From Verrucomicrobiota bacterium (GTDB lineage: Bacteria; Verrucomicrobiota; Verrucomicrobiia; Limisphaerales; UBA1096), in assembly GCA_030749225.1 (NCBI GenBank), contig JASMKO010000057.1, forward strand, positions 4,724 to 68,723: DNA of 64,000 nt, read 5' to 3'. A program made the position numbers and the translations under genes. Of the stretch, positions 6,816-15,785 are shown one piece after another (within the stretch, counting starts at the first letter, position 1; each line of letters starts with the position of its first letter). Below the pieces are notes generated by a model that was not told the origin of the DNA, searched no databases, and saw only the letters and a list, made by a program, of their open reading frames with translations.

Positions 6816-9530
6816 TTACAGTGATGATTGATTAAGGGGATCGCTTTCAAACCATCTTGTCCACCATTCTGGTTTATAGATGATACGAAAGATGCTGGTG
6901 TATTCATCGGTCCATAATGGCGAATCTTCTTGCGCACTTAGTTTTGTGCGCGGATAATTATAATCCTCGATTTGCCGGATAAATTTTTCATTGTCCGATA
7001 GCAATATCCAGGTGCAGTCATAAATCCAATCCTCCCCAACACTCTCACCGTTATCACTGTTCACCACAACCATCATCATGTTCATCTCCATGGCCAGACG
7101 TCGCACCACGGTTTTGAGATCCAGATATTTGTTGGAAACATGGATCGCTATGACGCCTTGTGGATGGGTGTGTTCTCTGTAAAGCCCCATTGATTCCTTA
7201 GTCAATAGATGCACCGGTATAGAGTCGCTGCTAAAAGCATCCAACACCAGCAAGTCAAAGTTTTGTTTATTGCCTTTATTAAGCTCTTGTTCCATCGACA
7301 ACCGGGCGTCACCTAAGACAATTTCCACTTCTGCTCCGCGGATTTGGGCATTGGTTAGAAATGTGAATTGACTTTGATCTTCCGATGACAGGTTTATCAC
7401 TTGTGGATTGATGTCATAGAAGCGATAGCTGTCACCAACCTGCGCATAGCCTGCAACCGTTCCAACACCTAGCCCTATCACACCCACGCGTTTTCTCTCG
7501 GCTTGGGTATGTTGCATCGACAATCCCACGCCGCTTTCTGGCGTGTAGTATGTGGTAGTTCGATTGCAAATTTCCAGCGCCTCATACTGAATGCCATGTG
7601 TAATCCGACCGCTCCATAGTGCTAGATAGGGTTCATCGGAGTCGTCGAAATATCGGGTTATCATAAGTGTGCCATAAAAATTTCTGTCCAAATGTACGGC
7701 ATCCTGCTGTGTCTTGATACCCTGAATGGTTAAGCCCATGCCCAGAGTCCCCAATGCCGGCACAAGTAGCAGAAGATAGCCGGCATATCGAAGCCCCCAT
7801 CCTTCTTGGTGTTTCGTGCTAAACCAAAAAATGCAATTAAGAGGAAGGGTTACGGCCACGGCGATCAACAATAATCGTATCCATTGTTCGCCTGGGAGAT
7901 TGCTAATCTTGAGCCATTCAGAAATGTTAATACCAATAGTAAAATCCACCATCTTCTCCATAGTCCAAAGCGAAACCAGTACTATCAGCACCTGTGCACT
8001 CAAAATAGAGAAAATAATCATCCTAAAAGATCTGCAGCATGTCGCGAGGGAACCGGAATATGACCTCAATAAACTTAACCCCCGCCATTTCACGGCAGTT
8101 GAATCCTCAGAATTGAGTCCCTGCAACGTCAAGACCAGTAATCCAACTGCCCAAAGTGAAATGTGATACTCCCAGTAACCATGGAACAGCATTGGAGCCA
8201 GTAAAGCCACGAAAAAGCCACCCAAGGCGCCGCCAGCAGAAATAGTCAAATAATACATGGTGAGTTGGGCCGGTTTCGGGCGAAGTCTGTACAACTCACC
8301 GTGGCATATCATGCAACTCAAGAATAGCGCACCGCAGAAAACCAATATTTGCCCAACAATGTGGAAATCTACCCCTCGAAACATCACCCATAACACGCCT
8401 GCCCAAAACAGTATCAACAGCGGTATGTAGATTTCTCGAATATACCAGCGTGGGCTATGGAAACTAATTATGAAGGTAACTAGGTATAGGGCCAACGGCA
8501 GCATCCAGAGGAAGGGCACCACTGCCATATCCTGACACAACTTGTTGGTGGTGCCCATGAGTATGGCAGTGCCGCAGGCCGGCAAAGCGAGCCAGAAACA
8601 CAATATCACCAACCTTCGCAACCGGCTTTCATTCTCTTCTAGTATGGTTTTCTCTCTTTTGGCTTCGTCATTATCCAGATTTGGCACAGATCGCAATGAC
8701 CATGCCAGATAGCCGCATACCAGCACGTAAAACACCATCCCAATCGACCACCAGTTGATCTGCGCAGTACGCGTCGTCCACGGCTCCACCAGCAATGGAA
8801 ATCCGAGTAGTGCCAGAAGTGAGCCAACATTGGAAAGCGCATAGAGTCGGTAAGGTGAGCATCCTGGATTAGCCTTCGCAAACCAAGCCTGTACCAGTGG
8901 GCTAGTGGCCGAGAGAACGAGGTATGGCAGGCCAATACTTTCAGTCAGTAGCAGCAAAATTTGTACTGTTGGAGATTCGTTGCCTCTCGGTTTGAGGCTT
9001 TCGTTTGGTGTTATGGGTAGCGTGATGGTGGCTAATAAAAGTAATACTCCATGTATAATCACCTGTTTGCGTATCGGTAAAAAACGATTCACGAGGTGAG
9101 CATACGCATAACCGACTAGTAACAGAGATTGGAAGAACAGCAGGCAGGTTGTCCACACACTGGGCGCACCGCCGAACCAAGGCAGTATGTACTTGCCGGT
9201 CAATGGTTGGACAAAAAACAGCAGGAGCGCACCCATAAAAATTGTCACGGCAAAGACAGGTAGACTCGGGGGCACGGGTTGAAGTCTCGTTTGAGTCACT
9301 CTCAAAGAGAACAGGCCACCAATTAATGAAAAAAACAATGTAAAAGCCTTGATTATGAGTATAATCGATGAGGGCAAGCTTGTAGGCAAATCATCTTCTC
9401 CGCAGAGGACGGACTGCGCAACAAACCTCACATCATTGATTATAATGTGCCTCCGTTCTTTTGCCAGACCATCCAATACTATCCAGAGTTTGAGAGTGCC
9501 TTGAGCCGTAAGAAAGAAGCTGTACTCCAC
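6816..9530 (-). CDS. Polytopic membrane protein fused to a spermidine-synthase-like (class I methyltransferase-fold) domain
   Basis: About 600 aa of TM-rich sequence includes VQPLTGKYILPWFGGAPSVWTTCLLFFQ. The C-terminal part has GVIGLGVGTVAGYA (a SAM/dcSAM-binding Gly-rich loop) and DLLVLDAFSSDSIPVHLLTKE, as in spermidine-synthase-like proteins. The true start is probably internal to the track ORF. Confidence 0.75.
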   Translation of the reverse strand: MEYSFFLTAQGTLKLWIVLDGLAKERRHIIINDVRFVAQSVLCGEDDLPTSLPSSIILIIKAFTLFFSLIGGLFSLRVTQTRLQPVPPSLPVFAVTIFMGALLLFFVQPLTGKYILPWFGGAPSVWTTCLLFFQSLLLVGYAYAHLVNRFLPIRKQVIIHGVLLLLATITLPITPNESLKPRGNESPTVQILLLLTESIGLPYLVLSATSPLVQAWFAKANPGCSPYRLYALSNVGSLLALLGFPLLVEPWTTRTAQINWWSIGMVFYVLVCGYLAWSLRSVPNLDNDEAKREKTILEENESRLRRLVILCFWLALPACGTAILMGTTNKLCQDMAVVPFLWMLPLALYLVTFIISFHSPRWYIREIYIPLLILFWAGVLWVMFRGVDFHIVGQILVFCGALFLSCMICHGELYRLRPKPAQLTMYYLTISAGGALGGFFVALLAPMLFHGYWEYHISLWAVGLLVLTLQGLNSEDSTAVKWRGLSLLRSYSGSLATCCRSFRMIIFSILSAQVLIVLVSLWTMEKMVDFTIGINISEWLKISNLPGEQWIRLLLIAVAVTLPLNCIFWFSTKHQEGWGLRYAGYLLLLVPALGTLGMGLTIQGIKTQQDAVHLDRNFYGTLMITRYFDDSDEPYLALWSGRITHGIQYEALEICNRTTTYYTPESGVGLSMQHTQAERKRVGVIGLGVGTVAGYAQVGDSYRFYDINPQVINLSSEDQSQFTFLTNAQIRGAEVEIVLGDARLSMEQELNKGNKQNFDLLVLDAFSSDSIPVHLLTKESMGLYREHTHPQGVIAIHVSNKYLDLKTVVRRLAMEMNMMMVVVNSDNGESVGEDWIYDCTWILLSDNEKFIRQIEDYNYPRTKLSAQEDSPLWTDEYTSIFRIIYKPEWWTRWFESDPLNQSSL

Positions 9531-9679
9531 AGTATAAAGAAACTAAGCGACACAAACGCCAAGCAAGCAAAACCGCTCGTCCAAAGGCGATAACATCTTG
9601 TAAATGGCCAAGTGCAATGTTTTACAGCAATAAAAAACGCCTTGAAAGTAGCCACCGTTCCGATGACTGTTGCCTTGCT

Positions 9680-11101
9680 ATGAAGTCCTTACTGCTCGCA
9701 ACTAACCTAGCGGTGTTGTTGGTGGGATGTGCCCCAAGTGTAGATATTTGGGAAGCTGCGTGGATGGGAGACGTCGAAGCCGTCAAATCGCAATTGGCTG
9801 CTGGCGCGGATTTGAACAAAAAGGATAGTTTTGGAAGAACTCCTTTGTATTATTCGGCCTTGGAAGGTCACACGCAAGTTGCTGAACTGCTTATCTCCAA
9901 AGGTGCAGATGTGAATGCGAAGACTAATACTGGTAGAACTCCTTTGCATTATGGGGCTCGTGCAGGTCATAAGGAAATCATCGAACTACTTATCTCCAAG
10001 GGTGCGCTTGTGAATGCAAAGGTTGTTGATGGCAAAACACCCCTGGATTGGGCAGAAAAGTTATATGAATGGGAATTACCCGAAGTAAAAGCAGCCAAAA
10101 AAGAAGCTGCCGACCTTCTGCGCAAACATGGTGGCAAAACGGGTGAAAAATACTTAATTCATTTAGCAGCAAGAGAAGGTAATATCAAGGCTGCCAAACA
10201 ATATCTGCTTGATGGTGTGAATGCGAAAGATGGGATTGGTAGGACTCCTTTGCATCTGTCGGCTATGGGTGGTCACCATGAAGTCGGCGAACTGCTTATA
10301 GCAAATGGCGCGGATGTGAATGCAAAGGATAATAAGGCAGCAACTCCTTTGCATTATGTGCTAAGGGGAACGAAAGTTGCCGAACTGCTTATAACAAACG
10401 GCGCGGATGTGAATGCAAGGGATAATAAGGGAGCGACTCCTTTGCATTTTACGGCTACTTATGGCCGTAAGGAAGTCGCCGAACTACTCATTGCCAATGG
10501 TGCGGATATCAATCAGAAGGATGCAGATGGCTGGACTCCTTTGCATTTTGCAGCGAATTGGGGTCACAAGGCAATCGTTGAACTACTCATTGCCAATGGT
10601 GCGGGGATAAAAGTAAGTTCTAGTGAACCCAAAGGCAATACACCGCTAGGTATTGCCATCCAGAATAGCTATCCCGAAATCGTCGAGCTTCTCATCGACA
10701 AAGGTACGGATGTGAATGCGAAAGATGTTGGGGGAGGGACTCTTTTGGGCTGGGCGGCTCGTTTTGGTCACGCGAAAGTTGCTGAACTGCTTATCGCCAA
10801 AGGTGCAGATGTGAATGCGAAGGATAAGTATGGAAGGACTCCTTTGCATCGTGTGACTACGTACGGAGGCCGCCGTCGAACGCGGCTTGGTAAGACTTAT
10901 TTAGCTCTGGAAGATTACGTGGAAATTACTGAACTACTTGTTGCCAAAGGTGCGGATGTGAATGCAATCATTGCGTCTGGTCGATACCAAGGAAAGACGT
11001 TGTTAGATCGAGCCGGTGAACAAAAGCAACCCGAAATTGCCGCACTCCTCCGCAAGCACGGCGGCAAGACAGGTGAAGAATTGAAAGCTGAAGGGAAATA
11101 A
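9680..11101 (+). CDS. Ankyrin-repeat lipoprotein (two or more fused ANK modules)
   Basis: I reset the start to ATG 9680 (MKSLLLATNLAVLLVGC, lipobox). There are more than 10 ANK repeats. An internal cap LLRKHGGKTGEK lies mid-protein, and the C-terminus is LLRKHGGKTGEELKAEGK. Confidence 0.9.
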   Translation: MKSLLLATNLAVLLVGCAPSVDIWEAAWMGDVEAVKSQLAAGADLNKKDSFGRTPLYYSALEGHTQVAELLISKGADVNAKTNTGRTPLHYGARAGHKEIIELLISKGALVNAKVVDGKTPLDWAEKLYEWELPEVKAAKKEAADLLRKHGGKTGEKYLIHLAAREGNIKAAKQYLLDGVNAKDGIGRTPLHLSAMGGHHEVGELLIANGADVNAKDNKAATPLHYVLRGTKVAELLITNGADVNARDNKGATPLHFTATYGRKEVAELLIANGADINQKDADGWTPLHFAANWGHKAIVELLIANGAGIKVSSSEPKGNTPLGIAIQNSYPEIVELLIDKGTDVNAKDVGGGTLLGWAARFGHAKVAELLIAKGADVNAKDKYGRTPLHRVTTYGGRRRTRLGKTYLALEDYVEITELLVAKGADVNAIIASGRYQGKTLLDRAGEQKQPEIAALLRKHGGKTGEELKAEGK

Positions 11102-11148
11102 AACACCTCCTACTCACAACAATCGCAGCCGTGCCGGTGGTGGGGTGT
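11046..11148 (+). repeat. Junction repeat, tail plus head copy (head start codon lost: ATG changed to ATA)
   Basis: ctcctccgcaagcacggcggcaagacaggtgaagaattgaaagctgaagggaaATAAaacacctcctactcacaacaatcgcagccgtgccggtggtggggtgt. Confidence 0.85.
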
Positions 11149-11340
11149 AATTCAACTCGCACTGAACTAAGCCATCTCCCGGGTATCTCAATTCATCAAG
11201 CTGCCACTAGAGGGGACATTAAAGCCGCTAAACAGCACTTGATGGCCGGGGTAAGCCCTGATTAAAAGCCAAAAGCGGATGGGTACCATTACACTACGCT
11301 TCTGGTGGGCGCCATTATGACATCGTTAAACCATATGGTG
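11098..11340 (+). pseudogene. Decayed ankyrin-repeat lipoprotein gene
   Basis: The start codon is mutated. The frame reads IKHLLLTTIAAVPVVGCNSTRTELSHLPGISIHQAATRGDIKAAKQHLMAGVSPD* and stops at 11265. A shifted frame then reads ...GWVPLHYASGGRHYDIVK..., which is an ANK remnant. Confidence 0.65.
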
Positions 11341-11554
11341 GTAGAGAAGGCCCAAGGCATCCAGAGAAGGCCGCCGCAACAGTAAAGACCAGCCGACAAG
11401 TAAATGGGTCTCTTCACGGCTTGGTTGACTCTAACACCCCGCAGTCCTACCCCTCAAAATGAAATAAGAAGGCCGCACAGGGCAGAGCGACCTCGGCCAT
11501 TCTTTTGAAGAAAAATAATTTGATAAATAATAAATAAGACATATAATTGCCGCC

Positions 11555-12010
11555 ATGAATGCGACAGCCGGATTAGTTCTAGCCATCCTCATCTTTGGGG
11601 CGGCGATGTTCATGCTGGGGCAGATTATCCCCGGCATCTTGGTGTTGACCAAGGTCTTGGCGGTGTTTCTGGTCGTCGTCCTTGGCATTGTGGTTCCCGT
11701 GCAGGCGGCTAGCCTGAAACTGGCGATCCGCGCAATCTTCAGGGAGGACGTGCCGTTCAAGGCCTCCTACGTCTTGATGGCAATCCTGCTCATCGTTTAT
11801 GTCGTGATCATGATGGTGGCCTTTAATACGCCCATCATGGCCTACGCGGGGCAGTTTATCGTCGGATCTTTTCTCTTGGGCAAATTCGTCGAGATGGATG
11901 GGGAATCGATCGGCATCCTGAAAGGTGCGTTGGTCTCGCTGCTGACCACGGCCATCACCTACGGAATCTGGTTCGTAGCCGGCACCACGATCATGGGGAT
12001 GCTGAGATAG
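11555..12010 (+). CDS. Hypothetical small integral membrane protein (about 4 TM)
   Basis: 151 aa and strongly hydrophobic (LVLAILIFGAAMFMLGQIIPGILVLTKVLAVFLVVVLGIVV...). The antisense ORF 11579-12064 is Arg/Asp/His-rich and looks non-coding. Confidence 0.5.
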   Translation: MNATAGLVLAILIFGAAMFMLGQIIPGILVLTKVLAVFLVVVLGIVVPVQAASLKLAIRAIFREDVPFKASYVLMAILLIVYVVIMMVAFNTPIMAYAGQFIVGSFLLGKFVEMDGESIGILKGALVSLLTTAITYGIWFVAGTTIMGMLR

Positions 12011-12167
12011 AGGCTGCTGACTCCTAGAGATCGTCGCAGCAAGTGTTGTGAGGGTCGGCGGCATCGCAACGATCCGGCTCGAGCGGCTTGGTTTTCTTCT
12101 GCCGCATCAGCCGCTCGTACTCCTCCCGCTTGACGGTGAACTGGCAGTGGCGTTTCATTGGGTTGAT

Positions 12168-12659
12168 ATGTCAGAAGAACCATTGCAATCCACGCAGGCT
12201 ATCCCTGACCTCGTTACCAAGGCTATCCCTGACGACGAGCGCCTATGGGTCCCGCAGGCCGACAAGATTTGGTTCCGGCCACTGATTTTGAACACCACCA
12301 ATGGAGAGTGGGTTAACCTATTGCGAATTGCCAAAGGCGGTGTGATGAATCGCCACCGCCACCCCGCGCCGGTCTACGGCTACGTGCTAAAGGGCGAGTG
12401 GCGCTACCTCGAGCATGACTGGGTGGCCAAGCCGGGTACGTTCGTCTTCGAGCCGCCCGGCGAGATTCACACGCTTGTGGTCGACGAGGAAGTGGAGGAA
12501 ATGATCACGCTCTTTCATGTTTTCGGCGCGTTGGTGTACTATGACGAGGACGACAACCTCATCCAGCATGACGATGTGCACACAAAGATCGAGATGTGCC
12601 GTGCGCACTTCGAGCAGGTTGGCCTCGGTGCTGATTACGTCAAGCAGTTCATCCGCTAA
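12168..12659 (+). CDS. Cupin-fold protein, 2,4'-dihydroxyacetophenone-dioxygenase-like family
   Basis: I reset the start to ATG 12168 (MSEEPLQ...). Supporting motifs are LWVPQADKIWFRPLILNTTNGEWVNLLRIAKGGVMNRHRHPAPVYGYVLKGEWRYLEHDW and GEIHTLVV, which match the cupin metal-ligand pattern. Confidence 0.7.
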   Translation: MSEEPLQSTQAIPDLVTKAIPDDERLWVPQADKIWFRPLILNTTNGEWVNLLRIAKGGVMNRHRHPAPVYGYVLKGEWRYLEHDWVAKPGTFVFEPPGEIHTLVVDEEVEEMITLFHVFGALVYYDEDDNLIQHDDVHTKIEMCRAHFEQVGLGADYVKQFIR

Positions 12660-12881
12660 ACACGCTATTCACTTGGGGGAAAGACAGGTTCTGGGTCGAA
12701 ATGAGAATTTTTTCTCACTCTCACTCGCTCGTCTTCTCCAGCCCGACATCCTCTGTCAGTTCCTTGGCTCGCTGGCGAGAGACGTTAATTATCCTGTTTT
12801 TGAGGTCATTTTTTCAAAGCAGGTCATAGTCCTTCCACAGCCCGAGTTCCGGGGCCCCCTCCCCCAAATCTGGCTAGGTCT

Positions 12882-12902
12882 TCAGTCGATGTAAACGAAC
12901 TC
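12882..12902. repeat. Right copy of the 21-bp direct repeat; it forms the functional 3' end (EFVYID*) of the DUF1553 gene
   Basis: tcagtcgatgtaaacgaactc versus ttagtcgatgtaaacgaactc at 364-384. Confidence 0.7.
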
Positions 12903-15785
12903 GTTGGCGTTAAGCAGGATGCGGCAAAAGCCGTTGAGAGCAACGTCAGCATCAGTCCCTTGGCCCAGCAGACGACTGAAAAACTGAGTCTCCTCTGCGG
13001 TTGGCGGGCGGCCAAGCGCCAACCGACAGGCCAGGCGCACTTTTTCCTCCGCGCTATCCCCTGCCTCGCGCTGGATGCGCTTGGCCAAGGCGGCGGCTTC
13101 CTCGTTCACAAAGTCGCCGTTAAACAGCGACAACGCCTGCAACGGAGTGACAGAGGTGCGGCGGCGAGGCCGTGAGTCGTCGCATACAGTCGAGTCAAAC
13201 GCCTGCATGAACGGCATGTTCAGTGTTCGCTGCTGGTAGATGTAAATACTGCGCTTGCGGCCGGCGTGGTCGAGCTGCGTGTCCCACTTGTTCTCGGAGT
13301 ACTTCACCGTCTGAGCGATGTCGCCCGGCAGCGGCGGGAAAATCGGCAGACCGTACTGCTCCAGGTTCAGCCGACCACTCACCGCGAGCACGTTGTCGCG
13401 GATCGACTCGGCGTCGAGCCGCCGCTGCTCGCGGCGCCACCACAGGTTGTTCAACGGATCGACCGCCAAGCCCGCCTCATTTTTCACCAGCGACAACTGT
13501 CGATAGGTGCTGGAAGTGACGATCAGTCGGTGCATTGACTTCAGGCTCCAACCGCTGTCGACGAAGCGCCCGGCCAGCCAGTCGAGTAATCCTGTGTGTG
13601 TCGCGCCACCGCTGAGTTTGCCGAAGTCGCTTGGTGTTCGTACCATGCCACGGCCGAAGTGCCAGTACCACAGGCGGTTCATCATCACGCGGGAGGTGAG
13701 CGGGTTGTCCCGTTTGGCGATCCACTTGGCCAAGGCCATGCGGCGGCTCCGCGTGGGCCAGCGCTTGAACGGGTCAAGCCGGACAGCCGCCGGTTTAGTG
13801 TGGCCGGCTATAATGCTCGGAAAACCGGCCTTCACTACCGGGCCGTGGTTGTCGTACTCACCGCGCAGCTTGACGGTGGTAACCGGCACACCCGGCTCGT
13901 ACGGCGGCCCGAACGAATGCCGCAACGACATGGCGACAGGCTTAAGCCGCTTGAGGTGCTGTTTGACGAAGCGCTCCCGGTTCTCCAGACGGTAAAACAG
14001 ATCCCGCTCGTTCTTTGTGAACAGGTCGTTGGAGTAGTCGTAGATTTGATCGCGCAGTTTTTTACCACTGGCTGCGGCCGGATTGATGAACGTCCCGAGC
14101 ATCGCGCCGGCGCCGCCGACCTCGAATCCGTATCCCTCGCCGGTGTGTTCTGCGGAAAATATGACCACGACCGAGCCAGCTTGGTCGTCGAGGAACTTGG
14201 CCAAGTCAGTACGAGAGAGGCTGCTTCGCAGAAAACTCTTGTCGAAGTGCAACGCCGGGGCTTGCCCAAGCCGCGTGAGCCTGGGCTGCCGACTCACCTC
14301 CACTTGGCCAAGCGCAGTCTTGGTGATCTTGTCCACCCACACGCTGACTCGGTCGCCCTCGGCCGGGTTGGGTGTCTCGGCGTTCGCGTCCAGGTCGGCT
14401 GCATCAAGCCAGAACCTCAGATCTTCAGCGGGCGGCCCGGACATCACCCCCTCACCGTGGTACTTGGCCTTCACATAGCGGTCGAGCTCGCCAAGCTTCT
14501 CGCTGTTAAGCGGTTGTCCGTAAATCATCACCTCTGCAAACGCCCCCTTGTGGCCGGCGTTTTTAGGCTGGCCGGTGCCCTCGGTATAGTCGCCGAGGCT
14601 GATGTACTCCGGTTTCGGAAGATCGCCGTACCACTTGCCGTTGTTCGAGCCGCTCTTACTGCCAAGCGCCCCGGCCGGCCGGCTGTCGGTGTGGAAAGTC
14701 CAGACTGTGCCATCGCTCGACGCGACGGTATAGTGCGGCTGGCCGTCGGTCACGTTCGTGGTGTCGTAAAGGTAGTCGTTACCCAGGCCGCCGCCATAAA
14801 TCTGCAGGCCGAACCCGGCATTGCGCCTGGCGGTGCGTGGCTCCAGTTGCTGTCTCAACTCGGCCAGTTTCGACTTGGCCTCGCCGACCTGATGCTGCAG
14901 CCGAGCACGCTTGTCGTTGATCAACACCTCCTCATGGGCACGATAAAACCGCGCCGACAAGGAGCCGCCGATCTGGAAACCGTCGCCCCGTTCAGGAGGC
15001 GGCAGCTGCACCGTCGAAAAGAACGCCTGCATGCGATAGAAGTCGGCAATCGGGATGGCGTCATGCTTGTGGTCGTGGCACTGCGCACAGCCCATGGTGA
15101 GCCCGAGAAACACGGAACTGACCGTCGAGGTCATCTCGCTGAGCAGCTCGTGCCGGGAGCGGTCGCCGCGCGGCTCGGTAAACGGCGCAAGCCGCAAAAA
15201 CGTCAGCGCGACTGTGCGCTCGGCATCCATCCCCGGCAGTTCGCCGGCGCCCATGATCTCGTTGAACTCGTCGCCGGCAATTTGTTCACGGATAAACAGG
15301 TCGTAAGGCTTGTCGCGGTTGAGCGAGTCGATGACGTAGTCGCGGTAGCGCCAAGCGTGCGGCATGTCGGGGTCGCCCTCGTAGCCGGCGGTATCGGCAT
15401 ACCGTGCCAAGTCGAGCCAGTAGCGCGCCCACCGTTCGCCATAACGCGGATCGTTGAGCAGCCGATCGACGAGCCGTTCGTAGGCAAGCGGGCTGCGGTC
15501 GTTGACGAAGGCGTCGGCGGCGTTCGGCTCCGGCGGCACACCAAGCAGGTCGAAATACAACCGCCGTACCAGCGTACGGCGCTTGGCCAACGGTGCAGGC
15601 TCGATACTTTTCGCCTCCAGCCGGGAGAGAATGAACGCGTCGATCGGGTTACTGACCCAGTTGGTGTTCGTCACCCCTGGGGGGACGATCGGAACGAGCG
15701 GCGTGAATGGCCAGCGCTTGGCCTGATCCGCGTGGCCAATCGCTCCCAACAACAGCGTGGCGGCGATGGTTGTAGAAAATCGCAT
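12882..15785 (-). CDS. DUF1549 (PSCyt2) / DUF1553 (PSD1) domain protein with a central LamG-like insert
   Basis: I reset the start to ATG 15785 (MRFSTTIAATLLLGAIGHA, a signal peptide). NPIDAFILSRLEAKSIEPAPLAKRRTLVRRLYFDLLGVPP is DUF1549-type. CAQCHDHKHDAIPIADFYRMQAFF and the C-terminal ...LLNANEFVYID are DUF1553-type. Confidence 0.9.
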   Translation of the reverse strand: MRFSTTIAATLLLGAIGHADQAKRWPFTPLVPIVPPGVTNTNWVSNPIDAFILSRLEAKSIEPAPLAKRRTLVRRLYFDLLGVPPEPNAADAFVNDRSPLAYERLVDRLLNDPRYGERWARYWLDLARYADTAGYEGDPDMPHAWRYRDYVIDSLNRDKPYDLFIREQIAGDEFNEIMGAGELPGMDAERTVALTFLRLAPFTEPRGDRSRHELLSEMTSTVSSVFLGLTMGCAQCHDHKHDAIPIADFYRMQAFFSTVQLPPPERGDGFQIGGSLSARFYRAHEEVLINDKRARLQHQVGEAKSKLAELRQQLEPRTARRNAGFGLQIYGGGLGNDYLYDTTNVTDGQPHYTVASSDGTVWTFHTDSRPAGALGSKSGSNNGKWYGDLPKPEYISLGDYTEGTGQPKNAGHKGAFAEVMIYGQPLNSEKLGELDRYVKAKYHGEGVMSGPPAEDLRFWLDAADLDANAETPNPAEGDRVSVWVDKITKTALGQVEVSRQPRLTRLGQAPALHFDKSFLRSSLSRTDLAKFLDDQAGSVVVIFSAEHTGEGYGFEVGGAGAMLGTFINPAAASGKKLRDQIYDYSNDLFTKNERDLFYRLENRERFVKQHLKRLKPVAMSLRHSFGPPYEPGVPVTTVKLRGEYDNHGPVVKAGFPSIIAGHTKPAAVRLDPFKRWPTRSRRMALAKWIAKRDNPLTSRVMMNRLWYWHFGRGMVRTPSDFGKLSGGATHTGLLDWLAGRFVDSGWSLKSMHRLIVTSSTYRQLSLVKNEAGLAVDPLNNLWWRREQRRLDAESIRDNVLAVSGRLNLEQYGLPIFPPLPGDIAQTVKYSENKWDTQLDHAGRKRSIYIYQQRTLNMPFMQAFDSTVCDDSRPRRRTSVTPLQALSLFNGDFVNEEAAALAKRIQREAGDSAEEKVRLACRLALGRPPTAEETQFFSRLLGQGTDADVALNGFCRILLNANEFVYID

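Noticed and set aside
733-11340. Integron, CRISPR or shufflon explanations for the repeat-bounded array
   Set aside because: The window contains no IntI-type integrase and no attC-like imperfect inverted repeats. The repeats are coding (signal peptide and C-terminal cap), about 100 bp long, and all in direct orientation, so there is no inversion system. The 99-bp periodic repeats are ANK repeat codons, not CRISPR repeats with spacers. The cassette-like behaviour is therefore reported as an open observation rather than assigned to a known mobile-element class.
12660-12881. Possible gene fragment on the minus strand (…NVSRQRAKELTEDVGLEKTSE*) and a weak hairpin GAGAATTTTTTCTC after the cupin gene
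   Set aside because: The fragment is under 35 codons, interrupted by stops, and has no recognisable family. The hairpin has only 5 bp. Neither is enough to call a pseudogene or terminator.
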